From positions 4,908 to 68,907 of the forward strand of contig CAMPCD010000001.1 of the NCBI GenBank assembly GCA_946643435.1: a stretch of 64,000 bases of DNA, written 5' to 3'. The translations under genes were made by a program, and so were the position numbers. The DNA comes from an uncultured bacterium (lineage in GTDB: Bacteria; Bacillota_I; Bacilli_A; RF39; UBA660). Each line of letters starts with the position of its first letter. The stretch's first letter is position 1. Shown in pieces: positions 56,859 to 64,000 of the stretch. Under the pieces are notes generated by a model. That model saw only the letters and a program-made list of their open reading frames with translations. It had not been told where the DNA came from and did no database searches.

Positions 56859-57143
56859 TTATTCATCTACTTTCTCTAGTAAAAAATGCTTACAATCATA
56901 TGCACAGTTAGTTTCTATATATTTATCTAAACCTGCTATATCATTTATCTTTGTAACTTTATTACTATCAGACTTATTAAATCCTTTTAATCTAAGTTTT
57001 GAATAAGCCCAATCACCAAATATATAATCGAAGTCATCAAAATATTCAGTTAATAATTCTTCTACAACTTCTTTTTCGAATCCTTCTCTATAATCTTTAA
57101 TTAATTTATACTTTTTATTATTTAATTCTACAATTTTCTCCAT
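56859..57143 (-). CDS. YutD-like (DUF1027) protein
   Basis: Start at MEKIVEL (GGGGGT RBS). FDDFDYIFGDWAYSKLRLKGF signature. Confidence 0.65.
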   Translation of the reverse strand: MEKIVELNNKKYKLIKDYREGFEKEVVEELLTEYFDDFDYIFGDWAYSKLRLKGFNKSDSNKVTKINDIAGLDKYIETNCAYDCKHFLLEKVDE

Positions 57144-57145
57144 AT

Positions 57146-57958
57146 TTACCCCCAAATAGTACTAAATAGTACTAAGCCAATCATAAAGCTTGTTGAAAGA
57201 ATACTTAATATAAGAAGTATATCAACCATGATTGAACCAGTTGATAAAGCAAATCTTGCACTTAACTTTTTATATTCCTTCTTACCATAATCTTTATTTT
57301 CTTCTTTAATGATAATTGTATTAACTTCATCTATTTCATTATCAGTTAATTCAGCAATAGTCTTAATATCATATCCATATTTAAAATATACTCTTGGATC
57401 TAGTAGGTTAGGATTTATTGCTCTTAATTTTAATTGAGTATTTGTAATTTCTTCTTTTTGTATAGCCCATTCTCTTACAATTAATCCTTGATCTGAACCA
57501 ACTAATTGTTTAAGTTGTTTCAATTCACCATTTGTAGGATTAAATATTTTATCAAATTCATTTAATTCTTCTGGACTAAATTTTTTCTTTAAGTTTCTCT
57601 TAGTAATCATATCAATTAAGATATGTTCTATTTCATTAATTAAGCCTGTAGCTTTTCTTTCTGATTTATAGTTTTTCATGAATACATAATATTCATTCAT
57701 GTATTTTATGAAAGACTCCATAGTAGATTCTTTTAATCCATACATTAGAAGATTACACTTAAAAGCCATTTCATTATCTATTTTGTAAGGTAATAAGATA
57801 GTTTTTTCTCCATATATGATTGATAAAGCATATATAACATTCATTTCAAAAGTATATATTCTATCAAAAGGCATACCTTCTATGGCTTGTTTATATGACC
57901 TTATACCATATTCAATAGCTGGATTAATGAAATATTTTTCAGTAAAAACTTCTTGCAT
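57146..57958 (-). CDS. Protein with C-terminal TM anchor, unknown function
   Basis: 270 aa with a helical body and the C-terminal TM helix IMVDILLILSILSTSFMIGLVLFSTIW. Confidence 0.5.
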   Translation of the reverse strand: MQEVFTEKYFINPAIEYGIRSYKQAIEGMPFDRIYTFEMNVIYALSIIYGEKTILLPYKIDNEMAFKCNLLMYGLKESTMESFIKYMNEYYVFMKNYKSERKATGLINEIEHILIDMITKRNLKKKFSPEELNEFDKIFNPTNGELKQLKQLVGSDQGLIVREWAIQKEEITNTQLKLRAINPNLLDPRVYFKYGYDIKTIAELTDNEIDEVNTIIIKEENKDYGKKEYKKLSARFALSTGSIMVDILLILSILSTSFMIGLVLFSTIWG

Positions 57959-58014
57959 TACGTCACACCCTACTATGTATTAATAATATCATAAATAAAA
58001 GGAAAATAAAAGGA

Positions 58015-59088
58015 TTAGAATGGTAATAATTCTAATCCTAATAAATTATCTAATATTACAACTGCTCCTAATACTAGGAGAACAAATACAATAAATATTA
58101 TTATTCTAAGCACTGATGATGCTTTATCTTTTTTATTTATATCATTAAAATCATCATAGTTACTTAAATCTATATCTAATTTATTTAATGTAGATTCTAT
58201 ATGTTCTTCTTGTTTAGATATTTTCTTTTCATAATTTAAATTTTTTTCATGATCTGCTAATATTCTTGTATTTATAGTATCTTGTTTTTCTTCAATACCA
58301 CCTATTACTACATCTGGTTTTGTATCTTCAAGTTCCTCTTTAGTTTCTTCTTTTGCTTCTTCTTCCTTAGATTCTTCTAACTCTTCTTTATTATCCTCTT
58401 TAGTTTTATTAACTTGTTCTTTGATATGTTCTAATTCTTTAGTAATATCAATTGTTTCTAAATCTATAGGATCCTTAGTATCATTCATTGAGAAACTATC
58501 AACTTTTTCATCATCAGGATCACCTACAAGATCAGATAATAAGTCTAAATCATTAGTAGTATCCTTCATTTGATTCTTTAATTCTATTTCAGTAATAGTA
58601 TTAATTAGTTGTTTTAAGTTCTCTTCTTCTTTTTTACGTTTTTCTTTAGCTTTATCTACTTCAGATAAATTCTTTATTTCATTATCAAGATTACTTAATA
58701 TCTCATATTGAGCTTCTCTAACTTTCTTTAATCTTTCTTTAGTATAATCTATATTCTTACCTTGTTTAGCTCTTTCTAGTATAGCATTTATATCATATTC
58801 TTTTGTATCCATGATAGGGTCTATTTCTTGTGTTTGGCTAATTTCAGGTACAGAAAAACCTGATCTTCTAGCTACATTATCACCATATTTCTCATCTAAG
58901 AAATTATGTACTTTATTAATATCAATAGATCTAATATTATCATCAATAACACTCATGTTATTATTAACATCATGCCTTTTAATATCAGATGATTTAATCT
59001 TATCATATAGTACTTGGTTTTTTGCAGCACGAGATGCAATTTGATTATTAGATTCAATATTGTTGTATCTATCCATTCTAGATTGCAT
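58015..59088 (-). CDS. Coiled-coil, Glu/Lys-rich protein with C-terminal TM anchor, unknown function
   Basis: 357 aa. N-terminus MQSRMDRYNN, long acidic coiled-coil, TM helix LRIIIFIVFVLLVLGAVVIL. AAGGTGA RBS. Confidence 0.55.
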   Translation of the reverse strand: MQSRMDRYNNIESNNQIASRAAKNQVLYDKIKSSDIKRHDVNNNMSVIDDNIRSIDINKVHNFLDEKYGDNVARRSGFSVPEISQTQEIDPIMDTKEYDINAILERAKQGKNIDYTKERLKKVREAQYEILSNLDNEIKNLSEVDKAKEKRKKEEENLKQLINTITEIELKNQMKDTTNDLDLLSDLVGDPDDEKVDSFSMNDTKDPIDLETIDITKELEHIKEQVNKTKEDNKEELEESKEEEAKEETKEELEDTKPDVVIGGIEEKQDTINTRILADHEKNLNYEKKISKQEEHIESTLNKLDIDLSNYDDFNDINKKDKASSVLRIIIFIVFVLLVLGAVVILDNLLGLELLPF

Positions 59089-59181
59089 TGAACATCACCT
59101 TATCATATATAATGTATTTTATCATATTATTGATTATTTTTATATATATGTTTATAATTTTTATTGAAAGGAAGATAATTC

Positions 59182-59406
59182 ATGGAAAAAGTAAGAGTAG
59201 ATTCAGATAGATGTATTAGATGTGGAGCATGTGTAGCTGTATCACCAGAAAACTTCGAATATGGAGACGATGGTGAATCAGTAGTAATTAATGAAGAAGT
59301 AAGTGAAGATACTAGACAAGCTGCTGATATGTGTCCTGTATATGCTATTGAAATAGTTAACGAAGAAGAAAACAATAATAAAGAAGAAGAAAAAGAAGCT
59401 GCATAA
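59182..59406 (+). CDS. Single-cluster 4Fe-4S/3Fe-4S ferredoxin
   Basis: CIRCGACVAVSP ... CPVYAI motifs, 74 aa, acidic Glu/Lys tail. Confidence 0.85.
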   Translation: MEKVRVDSDRCIRCGACVAVSPENFEYGDDGESVVINEEVSEDTRQAADMCPVYAIEIVNEEENNNKEEEKEAA

Positions 59407-59416
59407 GCTCCTTTTT

Positions 59417-59953
59417 TTATTCTTCAAAATCTTCAATAAATCTATTTCCTTTATGTCCTTCATCTGATGGTTCATCTCTTAATAAATCTTCATAATCTCT
59501 TTGTCTTAAAGCTTCATACAATACTAGAGCAACACAGTTAGATAGATTTAAAGCTCTTACTTTATCTGTCATTGGAATACGAGCACATCTATCTAATTTA
59601 TCTTTTAATAAAGATGCAGGTATACCAGTAGATTCTTTACCAAATACTAAATATATATTTTCATTATTATTTGATTCATCATCATATTTAAAGTCTGAAT
59701 GTGGTTTGTGACCATATCTAGTGTAATAATAGAATGATCCTTTATTCTTTGATAAGAAATCATCCCAATTCTTATACACTTCATATTCACAGTTATCTAT
59801 ATAATTAACACCACTTCTTCTTATATACTTTTCTTCCATTGAAAATCCTAATGGTTCAATCAAATGTAATTTAGTATGTGTTGCTACACATGTACGCATA
59901 ATATTACCAGTATTACCAGGTATCTCTGGTTCATATAAAACTATATTTAACAT
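59417..59953 (-). CDS. trmL: tRNA (cytidine/uridine-2'-O-)-methyltransferase TrmL (SpoU family)
   Basis: MLNIVLYEPEIPGNTGNIMRTC start, LVFGKESTGIP and LNLSNCVALVLYEALRQ. Has a C-terminal extension of about 25 aa. Confidence 0.85.
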   Translation of the reverse strand: MLNIVLYEPEIPGNTGNIMRTCVATHTKLHLIEPLGFSMEEKYIRRSGVNYIDNCEYEVYKNWDDFLSKNKGSFYYYTRYGHKPHSDFKYDDESNNNENIYLVFGKESTGIPASLLKDKLDRCARIPMTDKVRALNLSNCVALVLYEALRQRDYEDLLRDEPSDEGHKGNRFIEDFEE

Positions 59954-59961
59954 ATTATCAC

Positions 59962-60528
59962 CTATTTCATTTTATGATACTTCCAGAAAGTATCTCTATC
60001 AATTACCATTGCTCTAAGTGGTTTCTTATATATAGACTTTTCATCTAGAGCATTATAAAAATCTCTTTTAATAGCTACATTTTTCTTTAATCCAACTAAA
60101 GCAAATATTATATTATCATCTATAATTGAATCGAATCTTATATCTCTTAAATTAGTTAAATCTTCACCTTTTAACTCATTCTTAATATAAGTTTTTATAA
60201 ATTCAATTAATATATCATTTAATCCTTCTTCAAATATTAATATTTTTTCTTTAAAATCATCATATGTATCACATACTCTTGTTATTTTACCTTTTATATT
60301 TTTCTTAGATTTATTATAACCAGGAGTATAGTATAAATAATAATTAGGAGTTTCTAGATCTACTAAATAATCTATATATGTTATCTTCCCACATTTAGAA
60401 CATTTAGCTGCAAATATACTTCTATCTACTATATCTGCTATTTGGCTTTCATCAAACTTAGTATGTACTTTTATTCTTATCTTTTTTCCGCATTGTGGAC
60501 ACTTTACTTCTTCTTTTTTATATGACAT
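59962..60528 (-). CDS. CpXC-domain zinc-ribbon protein
   Basis: CPQCGKK ... CSKCGK pairs about 35 aa apart at the N-terminus, 188 aa. Confidence 0.6.
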   Translation of the reverse strand: MSYKKEEVKCPQCGKKIRIKVHTKFDESQIADIVDRSIFAAKCSKCGKITYIDYLVDLETPNYYLYYTPGYNKSKKNIKGKITRVCDTYDDFKEKILIFEEGLNDILIEFIKTYIKNELKGEDLTNLRDIRFDSIIDDNIIFALVGLKKNVAIKRDFYNALDEKSIYKKPLRAMVIDRDTFWKYHKMK

Positions 60529-60605
60529 AAGTAGACACTCCTTCTAGAGGTTAATTATATCACAAATATCCTTTTTATTATATAATTATTATATTGAGGT
60601 GCGAT

Positions 60606-61907
60606 ATGAAAAAGAAAATATTATTATATGTAATAGCTTTTATATCAACTGTTTTATTAGTTTTATTAATTCTCTTTTTTATAAAGCAAAGAAACACTAA
60701 AAAAGTAGAAGTTAATATTGAAGAAACAACAACAACAACTACTGAAACAACTACAACTACTACAATAGAAGAAACAACTACTCTCCCTTCTATTGAACCT
60801 TATATTAAATTAAAGAATACTTCTATATATAGTTATCAAACATTAAAAGATATTATTGAAGATACAAATATGCAAATAACTAATTCAAATATATCTTTAA
60901 ATACTGAAGTAATTGGTACACATGAAATTACTATAAAGTATAATGATAACAATGTAGAAAAAGAGTATAAAACAAGTTATAAAACTATAGATAATATTAA
61001 ACCAATGTTTTTAACTGCTGCTGGTACAGTTAACGTATTATTAGGTGATACATCAAATCCATGTGATACTATCAATATTGCTGATAACTATACTAAAGTA
61101 CCTACATGTAAGATAGAAGGTAATTACAATACAAATGAATTAGGTAGTTATAAGGTTAAATATGTAATAAGTGATGAAAACGGTAATACAAATGAAAAGA
61201 ATCTAACAATAAATGTTCTATCTGCATTCCCTGAACCTCAACCTGTTACACCTAAACCTACACCACCACCTACAGAATTTTCTTCAATAGTAAATAAGTT
61301 CAAATCTAATAAAACTGAATTTGGTATTGATGTATCTAAATGGCAAGGTGATATTGATTATAATAAAGTAAAAAATGCAGGTGCTACTTTTGTTTTAATG
61401 AGAATAGCAGTATCAAATAAACCTGATGAAGCTCTTGCTACAGATTCTAAATATTATCAAAATATTGAAAGAGCTAAAGCTGCTGGTTTAAAAGTTGGAG
61501 TATATGTTTATACATCTGCTATAAATGATGAACAAGCTAGAGAAACTGCAAGATATGTAGTTAACGCTTTACAAGGTGCATCATTAGATTACCCAATAGT
61601 ATATGATTGGGAGAATTGGAAACACTTTAGAGAATATCAAATAAGTATTCATGATTTAAACAATACATTTATAGCATTCTCAGATGAATTAAAGAAACAT
61701 AATTTATCAAGTATGTTATATGGTTCTAAATATTATTTAGAAAATATGTGGGAACCTAGAATTAAGAATAGTTTTCCTATATGGTTAGCACATTATACAT
61801 CTTCTCAAACATCTTATGCTGGCAAATATAAGTTCTGGCAAATATGTTCTGATGGTAAAATAGATGGTATAAATGGAAATGTAGATATAGATATTTTATA
61901 CAAATAA
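60606..61907 (+). CDS. Membrane-anchored GH25 muramidase with Thr-rich linker and Ig-like domains
   Basis: ATG at 60606 after TGAGGTG. TM helix, linker EETTTTTTETTTTTTIEETTT, and the GH25 start GIDVSKWQGDIDYNKVKNAGATFVLMRI. Confidence 0.85.
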   Translation: MKKKILLYVIAFISTVLLVLLILFFIKQRNTKKVEVNIEETTTTTTETTTTTTIEETTTLPSIEPYIKLKNTSIYSYQTLKDIIEDTNMQITNSNISLNTEVIGTHEITIKYNDNNVEKEYKTSYKTIDNIKPMFLTAAGTVNVLLGDTSNPCDTINIADNYTKVPTCKIEGNYNTNELGSYKVKYVISDENGNTNEKNLTINVLSAFPEPQPVTPKPTPPPTEFSSIVNKFKSNKTEFGIDVSKWQGDIDYNKVKNAGATFVLMRIAVSNKPDEALATDSKYYQNIERAKAAGLKVGVYVYTSAINDEQARETARYVVNALQGASLDYPIVYDWENWKHFREYQISIHDLNNTFIAFSDELKKHNLSSMLYGSKYYLENMWEPRIKNSFPIWLAHYTSSQTSYAGKYKFWQICSDGKIDGINGNVDIDILYK

Positions 61908-61932
61908 AAAAGACTTTAGATAAGTCTTTTTA
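61906..61932. terminator. Bidirectional intrinsic terminator
   Basis: AAAAAAGACTT-TAGAT-AAGTCTTTTTAT. Confidence 0.7.
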
Positions 61933-62310
61933 TTTATTCATAAATTCACTATACCATCTACTAATAAAGTCTGTTCTAGCAACAACATTAGTAATATATT
62001 CTTTATATTCTTGATCAGTTAGATTTTGTTCTTTAGTTAATTTAAAATCTAAAAAACTCTTTTCTTCATATAATTCATTTAAGAATGATTGCAATAAATC
62101 AATCTTATATTGATTTATACTACTAGATAATTTATATCTTTGTAGGCTATCGTCTACTTTAAACTTTTCAAATTCAGTATTAAGATCATAGTGTTTAGAA
62201 ATATCTATGTTATTAACATGATAAGATTTAACTTTATCTAATAGATTTAGTATATCTTTTTCACATATATCTTTTTCTTGTGCAATTTCTTCATATATAT
62301 TTTGATCCAT
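61930..62310 (-). CDS. Helical cytoplasmic protein (126 aa), unknown function
   Basis: GGGAGGA RBS 8 nt upstream. Directly follows the 532-aa ORF. Confidence 0.5.
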   Translation of the reverse strand: MDQNIYEEIAQEKDICEKDILNLLDKVKSYHVNNIDISKHYDLNTEFEKFKVDDSLQRYKLSSSINQYKIDLLQSFLNELYEEKSFLDFKLTKEQNLTDQEYKEYITNVVARTDFISRWYSEFMNK

Positions 62311-62339
62311 ATACTTATTTTCCTCCCATTTTTATTCTT

Positions 62340-63920
62340 TTAAGTTATCTTTCTTTCTGCTTCCTCAGATATAATACCTCTTTCAATAGCAATATTAGAT
62401 ATTCTATTATAATCTTTAGTATATTTATCTAATGCTATTTGATGAGTGGCTTTTGCTTTAGGATCATTAGCATGTTCTAATGCTCTTTGTTCTTTATCTA
62501 TATTTATTTTTAATGATTCCATTTCATTTGTTATTCTTAATTCATCGTGATTAACATTATTTAGACCGTATCCAATAGCATTTAATCTCTTCATTTCATC
62601 ATCTACTTCATCTAATTCATGATGCAATCCTTGAACTCCCATGTCATATGCATTATGTTTGATAGAATCAAATTGATACATAATATTATGTTTTTGTTCA
62701 GTATCTTCTTCTAAAGTTCTACTAAAATCACGATTATAATCCTTTAAATCTACTTTAGCATCTTTTAAATCTTGAGCTACCATATATCCAATATCATCAT
62801 TTTGAGATACAAATGATAATGAATTATAAGCTTTATCATAAGCTTCAAGTAATGATGAATATAACTCTTTTAATAATTGATCATTGCTATATTGTTCTTT
62901 AATAACGCTTATTATCTTAGTAATATGTTCTTCATATAATGAAAGTGTTGATAAATTCTTAGCTTCATTTATTCCTTTAATAGTTGTAATAATTGCACGA
63001 TGAAGGTCTTCTCTTCCATCTTCATAAGATATAGGAGAAAATTCAGCTTTTAAGCTTTCTTCTTCACTTGGAGATAAGAATATATACTCATTAGTAACAG
63101 TTAATTTATGTTCTTTATTATATTCAACACCAATTAATTCAACATTAGAAGGTTTAGAATCAACTGAATTATATGTATATTCAGAAATTCTCTTAAATTC
63201 ATCTTGTAAATATTGATCTAATGAAATAACTTCTAATCTATCTCTTACATCTAAATTATCTAACATTTTATTAGGTAATTCTTTTATTAAATCATAGAAA
63301 GATTTACCATTTATTTTTCTTTGAGCTAGTTCTTCAAAGTTAGAATACTCACTTCTTAAATAATTAACTACTCCCATGATAGCTTCTATTTTATCTACAA
63401 GCATAGGTGGTGTAAATTCTTGATCTAATAACTTCTTATATAATTGTTTTAATGTTATATTTTTATCGATATATGATATTGTATTATCATCATTTAATAA
63501 ATTTGTATAATTTCTTATACCTTCTTCTATATTTAAAGTATCTGTTTCTTCAATACCTGTTCTTATAGTTCCTTTATAAGGAAGAGTTGCTATAAATGAT
63601 TCAACATATTCTTTTTTAGACTCTGGTGTTGCAACAACAGGCTCTAAAGGTAACTTTGGTACATCATGTGCATAAGTAAATATTGGTTCTTGTGTCTCTT
63701 TATCAAACAAAGCAGTTCTTATATTAACTGCAATATTCTCTACATCCCATCCATCTTTAACAATTCTATCAGCATTTGCTTCTAGCATGTCTTTTACAAG
63801 GATTCCATTTTTTGAGCCATTTGAAATAGTACCATATAATAGGTCTGTTGTAAGATATTTTTCTGCTTGAATTATTAATTCTTTCTTGCCCACTTGTACT
63901 CTCCCCAATTCTATGTTCAT
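62340..63920 (-). CDS. Large helical cytoplasmic protein (about 526 aa), unknown function
   Basis: Long ORF. The start is uncertain: ATG at 63920 or GTG at 63938, neither with a clear SD. Confidence 0.55.
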   Translation of the reverse strand: MNIELGRVQVGKKELIIQAEKYLTTDLLYGTISNGSKNGILVKDMLEANADRIVKDGWDVENIAVNIRTALFDKETQEPIFTYAHDVPKLPLEPVVATPESKKEYVESFIATLPYKGTIRTGIEETDTLNIEEGIRNYTNLLNDDNTISYIDKNITLKQLYKKLLDQEFTPPMLVDKIEAIMGVVNYLRSEYSNFEELAQRKINGKSFYDLIKELPNKMLDNLDVRDRLEVISLDQYLQDEFKRISEYTYNSVDSKPSNVELIGVEYNKEHKLTVTNEYIFLSPSEEESLKAEFSPISYEDGREDLHRAIITTIKGINEAKNLSTLSLYEEHITKIISVIKEQYSNDQLLKELYSSLLEAYDKAYNSLSFVSQNDDIGYMVAQDLKDAKVDLKDYNRDFSRTLEEDTEQKHNIMYQFDSIKHNAYDMGVQGLHHELDEVDDEMKRLNAIGYGLNNVNHDELRITNEMESLKINIDKEQRALEHANDPKAKATHQIALDKYTKDYNRISNIAIERGIISEEAERKIT

Positions 63921-63951
63921 TATAGCATAGAAAAACACTTTATTAAAAGTG

Positions 63952-64000
63952 TTAGTCTATTATTTCTTTAATTATTTTTTCATCAAATTCTAAATTTTGA
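63952..64000 (-). CDS. 3' end of a CDS that begins beyond the window end (partial)
   Basis: The minus-strand frame reads ...QNLEFDEKIIKEIID-stop, with TAA at 63952-63954. Too short to evaluate. Confidence 0.3.
   Translation of the reverse strand, partial: QNLEFDEKIIKEIID

Noticed and set aside
59127-59475. Minus-strand ORFs 59127-59375 and 59278-59475 overlapping the ferredoxin gene and the trmL 3' end.
   Set aside because: The ferredoxin frame has the canonical CxxCxxC...CP cluster motifs and an RBS. The antisense frames have neither.

Overview
This window is very AT-rich (roughly 25-30% G+C by eye, not computed) and uses the standard code 11. It is densely packed chromosomal DNA from a cell-walled low-GC Firmicute. 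An Erysipelotrichia- or Clostridia-like origin is only an inference, drawn from gene content and the archaeal-type ProRS. Most of the window is housekeeping. Recognisable genes include uvrB, topB, proS with a proline T-box leader, ftsH, tilS, parA/parB-mscS-DUF951, truA-rplM-rpsI, a gpx-ohrR-trxA redox operon and trmL. Cell-envelope enzymes are also present: NlpC/P60, an L,D-transpeptidase, LCP, a GH25 muramidase, GT2 and an O-acetyltransferase. Two tRNA arrays lie on the minus strand, Leu-Val-Thr-Tyr-Gln-Lys and Ser-fMet-Asp-Phe. I saw no CRISPR array, transposase, integrase or recognisable defence genes. The most unusual content is non-coding. Two coding-free gaps of about 0.5 kb (2443-2982 on the minus strand, 24418-25030 on the plus strand) each carry a sigma-A-type promoter and an intrinsic terminator. 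Read in the transcribed sense, they share at least 10 colinear conserved sequence blocks, and the helices around those blocks differ in sequence in a compensatory way. This points to two paralogous copies of a large (about 500-550 nt) structured RNA that I cannot assign to RNase P, tmRNA, SRP or any riboswitch by motif. A third gap (13862-14184) has a perfect TTGACA-17-TATAAT promoter driving a non-coding transcript of about 285 nt. Other points worth a second look:
- A self-contained three-gene operon sits between the two tRNA arrays. It encodes a repeat-rich 750-aa protein flanked by two small paralogs.
- A pair of degenerate EcfA-like ATPases, with no EcfT, occupies the conserved locus upstream of truA.
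- A Doc/Fic-like protein next to topB has Gln in place of the catalytic His.
- An LCP protein carries a PASTA-like C-terminal domain.
All functional calls rest on motifs read by eye in the supplied translations. No database search was possible.
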